Source of the DNA: Candidatus Heimdallarchaeota archaeon | GTDB taxonomy: Archaea > Asgardarchaeota > Heimdallarchaeia > Hodarchaeales > Hodarchaeaceae | Assembly (NCBI GenBank): GCA_048881705.1 | Contig: JBHLSH010000008.1 | Coordinates: 1 to 64,000, forward strand | Length of the DNA stretch: 64,000 nucleotides | Direction: 5' to 3' | Shown here: positions 1 to 9,412 of the stretch, piece by piece | How the letters are laid out: every line of letters starts with the position of its first letter | Numbering within the stretch: the stretch's first letter is position 1 | The notes under the pieces: generated by a model | What the model was told of the DNA's origin: nothing | Databases searched by the model: none | What the model saw: only the letters and a program-made list of their open reading frames with translations | Position numbers and translations under genes: made by a program

Positions 1-2
1 AT

Positions 3-1913
3 GAGGCCCTGAAGGCCGTTGAACAATTAAGAGCCTCTGGCACCTCTGCAGAAGATTGGGAATTTGTGCATCAACTGCTTTCTTTTGAAGTAGACATCCT
101 GGGAAAATTAGGGAAGTCCCAGGCCCTCAAAAAGATAATTGGTCAAGTTAACCTTGAATATCATCGATTCGGGCGCCTCTTGCCGACTGTCGATATTCTT
201 TACAAAATCTCTCAGTTTTTTTTTGCTTTTGGAGACCATAGAGAGAGTAAAAACGTGGCCGTTCAGGCCGAAGAACTAATTTCTTCGTTTGAGGGTGATA
301 GTACCCTTGAAATAAAAGAACGAAAAGCACAGGTTATAAATCAAAAGGCGTTCAATATCCGGGATTTAGGTGAATATGAGACGGCGCTCAAAGCCCATGA
401 ACAGGCGTTAGCCATATTTAAGAAACTAGGAAACAAAGCAGGTATTGCGAATACTCTTATCTACATAGGCTGGGTTTATGGTTTTTGTATGGGAGACATA
501 GAGCGTCTGTTCGAATATGCCCAACAGAGTCTCCCTATTGCAGAGGAAGCGAACAACAAAAGGAGTATTTTCCTTGCGGTTGATGCACTGGGGGATTATT
601 ACTACTGGAAGGATGAAAGCGAAAAGGCCTTGAATTACTATCAGAGATCTTTGGCTTTACGAGAAGAAACGCGCAATAAATGGTACATTGCGTCAGGGCA
701 TCTGGACCTAGGCCGATTTTTCATGAACAAAGGGAAACTGATTCTGGCAGATCGACACCTTAAAACAGCAATAAAACTAAGTAAAGAGATAAACGCGACT
801 TTTTATGTTGCCAGAGGATATATGTACTCTGGAGATTTGTGTGTACATAAAGGGGACTACGCTCACGCCCTTGAGAACTTACATCAAAGTTTGGAACTAT
901 ACAAACATTCGGGGAATAAACGAGAACTAGCTCTAAGTCTGAATTTCATCGGGGACGTATATCGTGACTTGGGAGACCTGGATAAAGCCAGAACCTATTA
1001 CACACAATGTTTGTCATATACAAAGGAAAATTACCCCTTTATTTACGCGGTAGGCATTGGGGATCTGGGGATTCTTTCATGGCAGAAAGGGGAGCTTGAT
1101 ACGGGCTATAACCATCTTCAAAAAGCGCTTGTTTTATTGGAAGGTATCGGGAATGAGTATGAGATAATGAACTGCCTATTCTCCCTCATTTTGGTTTGTT
1201 TAGACATGAACAGTGTAGAAAACGCTCAAGCCTATTTCCAACGGCTACAACCACAGAAGGAGGACACACCATCCGCTTGGCCAGAGGATAAACTGCGCAG
1301 TCAATTGAGTCGCATTGCCGAAGCATTAATTCTCAAAAAAAGCAACAGAATCCGTCACAGGGGAAAAGCTGAGCAACTCCTAGCTGATATTGTTGATGAA
1401 AAGATTGTCCAACATCGATTGACCGTAATGGCAATGCTTCATTTATGTGACTTGTTGTTACGAGAGATGAGGGATTTAGGTAAAAATTTCAAGCTCCAGC
1501 AGGAAATTAGTAATCTTCTGGATAAACTAATCAATATTTCAAAATCTAGTAGTTCATTTCGCCTGTTACCTGAAACCTTTCTGCTGAAATCTAAACTAGC
1601 CCTTCTTGAACTGGATTTCAATGGAGCGCAGGATCTGTTGGAAGAAGCGCAAATGCTAGCTGAAGAAAAGGGTCTTCAATTGCTCGCAGCAAAGATTGTT
1701 AATGAGCAGAGGCGGCTCACGGATCAAATAGAAAAATGGGGAGAATTCCTCAAGAAAGATGTACCCTTAAGCGACATTCAGGAGTTTATACAGATCGAGG
1801 AGTTCATTACGAAAATGGTACGGAATAGAATGGTTCATAAGAAGCTGGATGTACCCCAATATACTCAAATGACCAACCTCGGTATAAAACAGGAGCAGGA
1901 AGAATCAAAATAG
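3..1913 (+). CDS. Tetratricopeptide-repeat protein, probably 5'-truncated by the window edge
   Basis: The frame is open from base 3 (EALKAVEQLRASG...). It carries many TPR-like repeats (ALKAHEQALAIFKKLGNKAGIA; ALNYYQRSLALREETRNK) and a C-terminal helical module (SKLALLELDFNGAQDLLEEAQMLAEEKGL). Confidence 0.9.
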   Translation, partial: EALKAVEQLRASGTSAEDWEFVHQLLSFEVDILGKLGKSQALKKIIGQVNLEYHRFGRLLPTVDILYKISQFFFAFGDHRESKNVAVQAEELISSFEGDSTLEIKERKAQVINQKAFNIRDLGEYETALKAHEQALAIFKKLGNKAGIANTLIYIGWVYGFCMGDIERLFEYAQQSLPIAEEANNKRSIFLAVDALGDYYYWKDESEKALNYYQRSLALREETRNKWYIASGHLDLGRFFMNKGKLILADRHLKTAIKLSKEINATFYVARGYMYSGDLCVHKGDYAHALENLHQSLELYKHSGNKRELALSLNFIGDVYRDLGDLDKARTYYTQCLSYTKENYPFIYAVGIGDLGILSWQKGELDTGYNHLQKALVLLEGIGNEYEIMNCLFSLILVCLDMNSVENAQAYFQRLQPQKEDTPSAWPEDKLRSQLSRIAEALILKKSNRIRHRGKAEQLLADIVDEKIVQHRLTVMAMLHLCDLLLREMRDLGKNFKLQQEISNLLDKLINISKSSSSFRLLPETFLLKSKLALLELDFNGAQDLLEEAQMLAEEKGLQLLAAKIVNEQRRLTDQIEKWGEFLKKDVPLSDIQEFIQIEEFITKMVRNRMVHKKLDVPQYTQMTNLGIKQEQEESK

Positions 1914-1916
1914 CCA

Positions 1917-2162
1917 TTAATTCTGAGAAACATAATTGCACGATGTTAAAATGGCGAAAGTTCTTTTGGGTAACTCCAGTTCCAGCGAGGCTCTGTCCAG
2001 ATATTGAATTGAACCATAGGAAAGAGTTTCCGTTTTTACGGTGAATAGACTATCTTTTACTGTTGCAAGATCTTCGTCTACCCAAACGAAGACTTTATTC
2101 GCATTGAATGTCTGTATAAATGCCTCATAGGATGCACGCGTTGAGAACTGCATATAAATCAA
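1917..2162 (-). CDS. Small hypothetical protein
   Basis: 81-aa ORF filling the gap between two genes, with plausible composition and no recognisable motif. Confidence 0.45.
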   Translation of the reverse strand: MIYMQFSTRASYEAFIQTFNANKVFVWVDEDLATVKDSLFTVKTETLSYGSIQYLDRASLELELPKRTFAILTSCNYVSQN

Positions 2163-2212
2163 CCTTTCTACCGTCCGATGAAAAAGTGGGGTCTGAGTTC
2201 GGAACCAAAGCC

Positions 2213-2722
2213 CTATTTTGCGAATTGCATCTTCTTTGATCCCTGCAATAAGGGCTTGAAAGGGATTATGATATCATTGCCAAAATACCGTAGTCCCAAA
2301 CACTCCTTTACAACATAATACTTTGTATGGGCAATTTTTTTGTGGTACTTGCCCAATTTCCAAGAATAAAGGACAAATAGCGTAAAAAAACTCGCGATTT
2401 CCCATAAGTAAATCGAGATTCGAATATCAAAAACAAGAATCGGGATGAAACTTAATATCGGCGTTAAGAGGAACGCGCCCCAAGAAAAATACAAAATTAT
2501 GAGAAAATGGTATCTGAGCCATCCTAGGAAATTAGTCAGAAATATTGGGACTCCTCGATTAAGTCTTCGCTGAAAAATGCTCATTGGTGTAAACCGGGAC
2601 AATAATAGGTATGGAAGAAAGATCAAAGCCAAGAATAGGGTCATAAAAAGCCCTAGATTAAACATCAAGGAAAATAAATGTGGCCATATTTCGAGATATT
2701 CCGTTATGGTTGCACTTATCAA
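2213..2722 (-). CDS. Hypothetical membrane protein (about 3 TM)
   Basis: Three hydrophobic stretches followed by a basic cytoplasmic tail. Confidence 0.65.
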   Translation of the reverse strand: MISATITEYLEIWPHLFSLMFNLGLFMTLFLALIFLPYLLLSRFTPMSIFQRRLNRGVPIFLTNFLGWLRYHFLIILYFSWGAFLLTPILSFIPILVFDIRISIYLWEIASFFTLFVLYSWKLGKYHKKIAHTKYYVVKECLGLRYFGNDIIIPFKPLLQGSKKMQFAK

Positions 2723-2859
2723 TCCATAACCCCATCCGCATAATTTTTCCTCAGAATTTTAATACCTCCCCTGGATCTTCGGTGCACATGATGGAATTTA
2801 TATATGGGACTGGCATTTGTAGGTTCGAAACCTAGCTTGAGTGGTGGTGGAAATGGCAC

Positions 2860-3129
2860 ATGGCCAGAAAATGGCTAGATCAGTATTTGACTGAAGATTG
2901 GGTCTTCATACTCAAGAATGCCGCCTTTATCGTTGGATCTGGGATAGTGGGATTTATTGTAGGTATTATTGTGGGGATCCCGTTATCAGTGGTCTTCCCT
3001 GCTTTGATGACGGTTCCTCTTTTATCCTGGGTAGCTGGCATCTTCATGCTGGTTGCCTTTTTGAAGGTGATCCTGAATATCATCAGTTATACTCGCCTTG
3101 ACAGACCTCCTTTGGATAACGAAAGATGA
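2860..3129 (+). CDS. Small 2-TM membrane protein
   Basis: ATG start, two long hydrophobic Gly-rich helices, and only 6 bp between it and the next gene. Confidence 0.65.
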   Translation: MARKWLDQYLTEDWVFILKNAAFIVGSGIVGFIVGIIVGIPLSVVFPALMTVPLLSWVAGIFMLVAFLKVILNIISYTRLDRPPLDNER

Positions 3130-3135
3130 TAGGAA

Positions 3136-3876
3136 ATGAAGATTCCTACCCTCATTATAGTTAGTCTTTTAGGATTCAGTTTAACGGAACGCATTGTAAC
3201 AGCCAATATTCAGGAATTGGATGCAGGTCAGTTTAATGTTCAAAAAAGGTTACCTATGTCAACTAACTCCGTAAAAGACCTGATTGGTAATTATAGCGAT
3301 CATGGCGAGGATATAGATGGAAACGGACTCTTCAATTTTCTTGTCATAAACATCGGTATTGATATCACCGAATCAAGAGAAATGTTTTACCTTGATATCA
3401 CGTTAAGATCAGTACAGGTCGGAATTTTATTAGGAAGAACGACATACTTTCGTAATATGAAAATGGGACACCTTGACTACTCATTTAATCTTGATATATC
3501 TATATTTCATGCCTATCAACTGAATTACTCCTTCAGAATTGATTATCTTGAGTTTGGGTATGTCACCGATCCGGGAGAGGGACGGGTTCCTACTGTACAA
3601 GAATATGGTCCGTATACAACGCGGATTTATAGTTACTTGGAATTCGATCCCCCTGAAAACCCAATCATGATAATCCCGGATTCGCCAGGGGAAACATATA
3701 CCGTTACAACCATTGTTGTTGGGCCATCTCCACAAGGCGTTTTTGGGATTTTTGAGTTCGCATTATTTTCAATACTTGCTACATTTCCTGAAGAACACTT
3801 TATCATAAGCGTTACTCTGATCGCGCTTATCTTAATCGGCCTGGGGGCCTCTGTACATTATCAAAAACGAGGTTAA
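3136..3876 (+). CDS. Secreted, C-terminally membrane-anchored surface protein
   Basis: N-terminal signal (MKIPTLIIVSLLGFSL), an acidic DIDGNGLFNFL motif resembling a Ca-binding loop, a beta-rich domain, a Pro/Thr linker and C-terminal hydrophobic helices with a basic tail. Confidence 0.75.
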   Translation: MKIPTLIIVSLLGFSLTERIVTANIQELDAGQFNVQKRLPMSTNSVKDLIGNYSDHGEDIDGNGLFNFLVINIGIDITESREMFYLDITLRSVQVGILLGRTTYFRNMKMGHLDYSFNLDISIFHAYQLNYSFRIDYLEFGYVTDPGEGRVPTVQEYGPYTTRIYSYLEFDPPENPIMIIPDSPGETYTVTTIVVGPSPQGVFGIFEFALFSILATFPEEHFIISVTLIALILIGLGASVHYQKRG

Positions 3877-3971
3877 CATCGATTTAGATCGGAGAAACGC
3901 AATAGGTAATATATGGGGGTAGGATCTTTCCTTCTCCCTTTTATGATCCAGGTTTACAATAACAGGTAAAA

Positions 3972-4415
3972 CTATCCTAATCTTTTGATCTTCAAAAAGA
4001 TAATAACAATAACTACGGCAATGAAAATTGAAGCAAAAGCGATCAGAATGATGGGAAAGAATGATTGTGTCAATTTGGCGTAATAAACAACGAAAATGTC
4101 TGGCGATGTCGAGTCGTACCCAGGCCCGACCATTTCTCCGGCAAGAAGCCAACCCACAGTGATTAATGCGAATAATATCACAGGCCACGCAATCGCTGTA
4201 AATATTGCGCTGAGGATGCTTCCGTCCTTGATAGCAAATGAACCATTAACGAGACCTTCAATAGTAATGGAATCTGCAAGACTCCAGTTCGAAACTGAAG
4301 GTAGGGCGAGGATAAAAAAATATAACATACCGAGCAGGTACCATATCACAATCCATAAAGGCAATACAAAACCAATAGGCCGGTATTTTATCGAATTCTC
4401 TCTCTTCTCGTGCAT
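3972..4415 (-). CDS. Hypothetical membrane protein (3 TM)
   Basis: Three hydrophobic helices and positive-inside termini. Confidence 0.7.
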   Translation of the reverse strand: MHEKRENSIKYRPIGFVLPLWIVIWYLLGMLYFFILALPSVSNWSLADSITIEGLVNGSFAIKDGSILSAIFTAIAWPVILFALITVGWLLAGEMVGPGYDSTSPDIFVVYYAKLTQSFFPIILIAFASIFIAVVIVIIFLKIKRLG

Positions 4416-4828
4416 CTAAACCCCTTCAAGCAACTGCAGGAGGGTGGATATTTAAAGTCTGCCTACAATCATTTTTGATCTTCCAGAGCGATCCTCTTTT
4501 CTTCTCTTAGACCGATGAGTTCAACGTCAATCTCTGGCCTTGTACACCCTGTTTACTCCGTAGTAACATTTTGTATACGAAACTGAGACCAGCACTTCCT
4601 AGCATCGCTTTAGTTACAGTTGTAAGACATATTGGTGAATTCGTCGCTATTTGATTTGGTATTATCGTCCTTAGGAGGATTCGAAATTCACCAGAAAGTT
4701 CAAATCCGTTTTCCACTGGCAAAAAGAAAAGCCTCCAAGAATGGGAAGACTAGGAAGGGTTCGAGCTGATAGTACATAGATCACGCAAAATTACCAGAAA
4801 ATGGGTAATCTTTCTCTTCCTGCTCATA

Positions 4829-7699
4829 GTGTTTCTTGTTCAGAGTTCTGCTATATATATCGTATTTTCCGTTCAGAATTCGACATCTTATATCATTCAT
4901 GATCCCATTTTCATCGATGGAAATCAGGATTTTTACGTACAAGCCAGCATAGAAAATTGGGCGGGAAATGGAACTCTGGCCTCCCCGTATACCATTGAAG
5001 ACCTCTATATGACAGGTTCGACTGATTTAATTCGAATAGAAAATACAGATGTGTTCTTTGGCATCAATAACTGCTCTATAGGATTTGGATCTAATGGGAT
5101 TTCACTGGTTAATGTAACCAACGGGCGGATTACAGGGAATGACATCTCCTATAATGAAGATAATGGAATTGATCTTTGGTATTCTACAAATATTCTCATT
5201 TCAGGGAATACAATCACCGACAACGATTTCACCGGAATAAATCCGAATTACCTTGAAAATACCACGATCTCAGGGAATGTAATATACGGTAACGGTTGGG
5301 GGGGAATAGATGGAATTTTCTCAAACAGAAGTTCCATAATTGGCAATACTATTTCTGAGCATTGGGGAACTGGTATTCATATGTATGCCTGGACTGGTAC
5401 TATCATTGCCAGTAATGACGTAAGCGGTAGCGGAATCAATGGCATCGGCCTTGAAGAGTCGTCCAATATCACTATAGCCAGCAATACCCTTACCAGTAAC
5501 GGTGAATCTGGGATAAATCTAGCCTACTCTGGGAATAATCGCATTATTGACAATACATTAGTAAACAATGGTCTAAGTATTGATGGCTGGGAAATCGAGC
5601 ACTATTTACAAGCTGAAGTGGCCAACAATTCAGTTAATGGCAAGTTAATAGTTTATTGGCAGCAGATCACTGGCGGAGCCGTTCCGATGGATGCTGGCGA
5701 AGTTATTTTGGTGAATTGCACGGGAGTAGAGGTTGCTGGACTGACCATTGAGAATACTTCGACAGGGATCAGTGCTGTTTTCGGTGCCAATATAGCAATT
5801 CACGATAATAACATTTTCAATATGATAAGATCTGGAATTAATATAGGAAGCACACAGAATACTACTGTAACGGGGAATACTCTTACCAATAATTCTGATG
5901 GCATCATTTTTCAAAATTCTATATCTGGAATCATCACTGGGAACAAAATTAGAAACAGGGGTGGTTGGGGACGGGGAATGGGAATAAGATTGGATTATTC
6001 CCATAAGATTACTGTTTTTGGAAACAACATCAGCTATAACGAAAACAATGGCATTTGGTTAGAATCATCCAGTAGTAACACTATTTACAACAACAATATC
6101 ACTGATAACCGACACAATGGCATTCGGTTACGCGATTCCGGTAATAATACTGTTTCAGGAAACAACATCATTAATAATTCACACCATGGTATTCGTGTTA
6201 AGGATTTAGGAAACAATACGGTTTTGGGTAATACCGTGGATGGAAGCGGCGCTACTGGGATTGATATCAATAACGCAGACAGTAACATTATTTTAGGTAA
6301 CAAAATCAGGAATAATGGGAGAATTGGTATGGCTCTTGTTTCCTCGGGAAATAATCGAATTTCTGATAACATCCTGGTAAACAATGGTTTCGATGTTGCA
6401 GGTTGGGATCTCGAGGATTATCTGCAAGATAAGGTGGACAATAATACCATCAATGGGAAACTCGTAGTTTATTGGCAGCAGCGGACAGGAGGAACCGTCT
6501 CAGGCGATGCAAGTGAAGTGTTTTTGGTTAACTGCCAGAACGTTGCGGTGATCGGTTTAACCCTCTCTGAGGGTTCGTTAGGGATAGTGGCCGTCTTTGG
6601 CAACGATTTGAAAATTTCCGGAAATGAAATAATTGGTACTACTATTACTGATAGAGAGGGGATTCGTTTGTATCAAACAATGAATAGCATCATTTCCAAC
6701 AATTCAGTCAGAGATAACGGAGGAGATGGTATTGGTCTGGTTACCGCAGATTTCAATGACATTTTGGATAACAACATCAGTAACAACGGAGCATGGGGGA
6801 TTACGCTATTTGATTCCGAAAAAAACATGATTAGAGGAAATCTTGTAACACAAGCGACTGGTGGTATTAACATAGAATCCTCAGATAATTCCACCATTGC
6901 CAGTAATACCATTAAGGATAATCGAAGGACTGGTCTAAGGATTAGCTGGTCGTCAAGAAGCAATATTTCTGGCAATACCATCACCAACAATGGAGATTGG
7001 GGAATATACCTGGAGGAATCGAGTGAGAGCATAATCGTAGAGAATACCATTATGAGGAGTGGTGAGGCAGGCATCTATCTCCTTCAATCATACAGATGTA
7101 ATGTTACCATCAATTTAGTCAAGGACAACGGAAGGAGCGGTATAGATCTATCGCAGGCGGAGAGAGCTGTCGTTTCAGGGAATACAGTTAGGAATAACGA
7201 CCTCTGGGGAATTAGGTTGGGTTTTTCAAGGGATAGTTTAATAATGAAGAATACTGTAGACGCCAATAGACTCGGTGGCGTACGCCTGGCTGATTCTGAT
7301 AGTAGCAGGGTCATCGGTAACCTGATCGCCAATAATTCGTACTATGGAATCTATCTAACTCAAGTAAGAACATGCGTGATCGCTGGAAATGATTTCATTG
7401 GAAACAATAGGGGAAATTCACAAGCCTTTGATAACAGTTTGAATAATACGTTCATTCTTAATTACTGGAATGACTGGACGGCCCCAGATAACAATCGAGA
7501 CGGAGTGGTAGATCAACCTTACCACATTGATGGAGCGGCAAATAACTATGATAACTTTCCTCTGACTAGGTCCGTAATAAACCCCGCGGCTGCATCCCTT
7601 GATCATTTTGTTAACGTTTCGGTTCTGGTGCTCGTGATTCTTGGCGCTTTAGGGATTTCCATTCGGATTAGAAGCGGGCAAAAGAAAGCCTGGATTTGA
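4829..7699 (+). CDS. Large right-handed parallel beta-helix (NosD/CASH-type) surface protein; true start probably about 4766-4772
   Basis: Dozens of GI-x-L-xx-S-x-NN-x-I-x-GN repeats, many N-x-S/T sequons and a C-terminal TM with a basic tail. The frame is open upstream to 4754 and encodes a signal peptide (RKITRKWVIFLFLLIVFLV). Confidence 0.9.
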   Translation: MFLVQSSAIYIVFSVQNSTSYIIHDPIFIDGNQDFYVQASIENWAGNGTLASPYTIEDLYMTGSTDLIRIENTDVFFGINNCSIGFGSNGISLVNVTNGRITGNDISYNEDNGIDLWYSTNILISGNTITDNDFTGINPNYLENTTISGNVIYGNGWGGIDGIFSNRSSIIGNTISEHWGTGIHMYAWTGTIIASNDVSGSGINGIGLEESSNITIASNTLTSNGESGINLAYSGNNRIIDNTLVNNGLSIDGWEIEHYLQAEVANNSVNGKLIVYWQQITGGAVPMDAGEVILVNCTGVEVAGLTIENTSTGISAVFGANIAIHDNNIFNMIRSGINIGSTQNTTVTGNTLTNNSDGIIFQNSISGIITGNKIRNRGGWGRGMGIRLDYSHKITVFGNNISYNENNGIWLESSSSNTIYNNNITDNRHNGIRLRDSGNNTVSGNNIINNSHHGIRVKDLGNNTVLGNTVDGSGATGIDINNADSNIILGNKIRNNGRIGMALVSSGNNRISDNILVNNGFDVAGWDLEDYLQDKVDNNTINGKLVVYWQQRTGGTVSGDASEVFLVNCQNVAVIGLTLSEGSLGIVAVFGNDLKISGNEIIGTTITDREGIRLYQTMNSIISNNSVRDNGGDGIGLVTADFNDILDNNISNNGAWGITLFDSEKNMIRGNLVTQATGGINIESSDNSTIASNTIKDNRRTGLRISWSSRSNISGNTITNNGDWGIYLEESSESIIVENTIMRSGEAGIYLLQSYRCNVTINLVKDNGRSGIDLSQAERAVVSGNTVRNNDLWGIRLGFSRDSLIMKNTVDANRLGGVRLADSDSSRVIGNLIANNSYYGIYLTQVRTCVIAGNDFIGNNRGNSQAFDNSLNNTFILNYWNDWTAPDNNRDGVVDQPYHIDGAANNYDNFPLTRSVINPAAASLDHFVNVSVLVLVILGALGISIRIRSGQKKAWI

Positions 7700-7813
7700 G
7701 CTGGGAATGTACTGTATTTACGGGAGTGGCTCTTAAGTAGAGAATCCAATTGTACCTGAGTTTGAATTGATTTTTCATCAAGAGATTTCTAACGGAGTTA
7801 GTGGATTTCCTCA

Positions 7814-9118
7814 TTACTTAAAGATAGAGTCAACAAAAGCAATGGAGGAGAATTTCCTAGTTATCGAACTACTTTTATATATCAAGAACACTAAAAAAAG
7901 AGTGGAAATCAAAATCCCTACTTGGAGGAGGAACAAGAGATCAACGATAGGCGAAGGAAGCAGGATTTGAAAATATTTCGTCATCCTGATGAAGTCTATG
8001 GCTGCAATCCCCAGCATTCCTCCAGTAAGGATACAGAACAGGTTGAATTTATTCTGAGGAAGAAGGACAAGAGTCGGATAGTACCACACCCAGTACCACG
8101 GCCAAGCTGTTGGATAGATCTTTAGGAAGATACTCAAGATTATAAACGGAACCCAATGAGTTCTCCCCCGCAGTTCTGACAAATACAAGGTGCGAGAAGA
8201 AACAATGGAAGGGATGTCAAACGCGGTGAAGATCGCTAGTCCTAATATAGCTGTGGACATTAAAGAAGATGGTGTTAAATATTCCAACAGAAAGGGATTG
8301 GTATTGTATAACTTGGTATATTGTCTTGGAACTAGTAGATAACCGAAAAACCAGAAGACAAATCCCGAGAATAGGATAGGAAACGAAAGCAATAAGATAG
8401 TTCCACCTGCTAATAGAATATTCAGGAATGTCTGCCTCCTCTGTTCCGAATCAATGATGACGAAATATGGAAGCAGTATGATCGGGACATATTTCCAGTG
8501 AAATCCTAATCCAATGAAGAGGTAGCTCAACTTGCGATGATTAGGATGTAGGTTAAGGGGAAAGAGGACAAAAAAAACTGTGAAAGCGACAGGTTGGCCT
8601 TCTATAGCGGATAAAGGAAGAGTTAAAACCAAGTACGAAAGAAAAAAGATTCCCGCATCCAGTTTTCGTCCCTGATCTCCCCAGTTTTTATTCTTAATCA
8701 GATTGGACATGAAAAATACATTAATGATATCAATTAGAGAAAAAATCCATTTAATTATAAAAAGAGGGAGAGAAAAGAGAGCAACGAAGGCCCAGAAGAG
8801 GAGCTGGATGGTTGGATAGTTGAACGATGTTAAGGGATGTGCCAGTAACCCCGAAAAAGGATCAACGACATTGTACTGTGGATCCAGTTGTACCGGGGTC
8901 ATATCATAAACGTCAAATCCATAATGCCAAAAAAACTTACCATAGAACAGATTTCGTAACAGATCGGTTGTGAACAAGGGAGGGATAAAAACGCCAAAAC
9001 AAAAATGGAGGATGATGATGGTAATCAGAATGTATTTTAGGCATCCAAAATCCTGAATGAACCGGATTCCTATGGCGAATAGCTCTCGTCTCGGAGGTAG
9101 AAAATTAAGGGGTACCAC
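7814..9118 (-). CDS. Polytopic GT-C-fold glycosyltransferase-like protein (GT87/DUF2029-like)
   Basis: About 10 TM helices, an external loop after TM1 with an acidic residue (FTTDLLRN...FNYP), and a WKYVPIILLP motif typical of lipid-linked-donor GT-C enzymes. Confidence 0.6.
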   Translation of the reverse strand: MVPLNFLPPRRELFAIGIRFIQDFGCLKYILITIIILHFCFGVFIPPLFTTDLLRNLFYGKFFWHYGFDVYDMTPVQLDPQYNVVDPFSGLLAHPLTSFNYPTIQLLFWAFVALFSLPLFIIKWIFSLIDIINVFFMSNLIKNKNWGDQGRKLDAGIFFLSYLVLTLPLSAIEGQPVAFTVFFVLFPLNLHPNHRKLSYLFIGLGFHWKYVPIILLPYFVIIDSEQRRQTFLNILLAGGTILLLSFPILFSGFVFWFFGYLLVPRQYTKLYNTNPFLLEYLTPSSLMSTAILGLAIFTAFDIPSIVSSRTLYLSELRGRTHWVPFIILSIFLKIYPTAWPWYWVWYYPTLVLLPQNKFNLFCILTGGMLGIAAIDFIRMTKYFQILLPSPIVDLLFLLQVGILISTLFLVFLIYKSSSITRKFSSIAFVDSIFK

Positions 9119-9412
9119 AAATCACTCCAACCTCAGATTGCTCTGAATGCACAGCACCTCTGCCTGAATTTATAACTTTCGAAAAACGTAGATTGGAAGT
9201 CTTTTGGGATAATGATGGTTAGAAACTATCAGCAAGCGGAAGTACTGACGTCTACTTTATCTGGAAGTAATAATTGGATTTTGATTCCAGTTTTTGCGTC
9301 TATCTAGCTTCAGGAAATGATTCCTTCGCAGCTTCTCTTCAGAATGTCAATAAGATTGTCTTGAATAGAGATGCCGATTTTGGATACCCACTTCCTATCT
9401 GCAAAAGGCGAA

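Noticed and set aside
4096-4419. Antisense and shadow ORFs here and throughout (for example 5645-7606, 10016-10664, 25405-25893, 36994-37959)
   Set aside because: They lie opposite or inside well-supported genes and their composition mirrors the sense-strand codon pattern.
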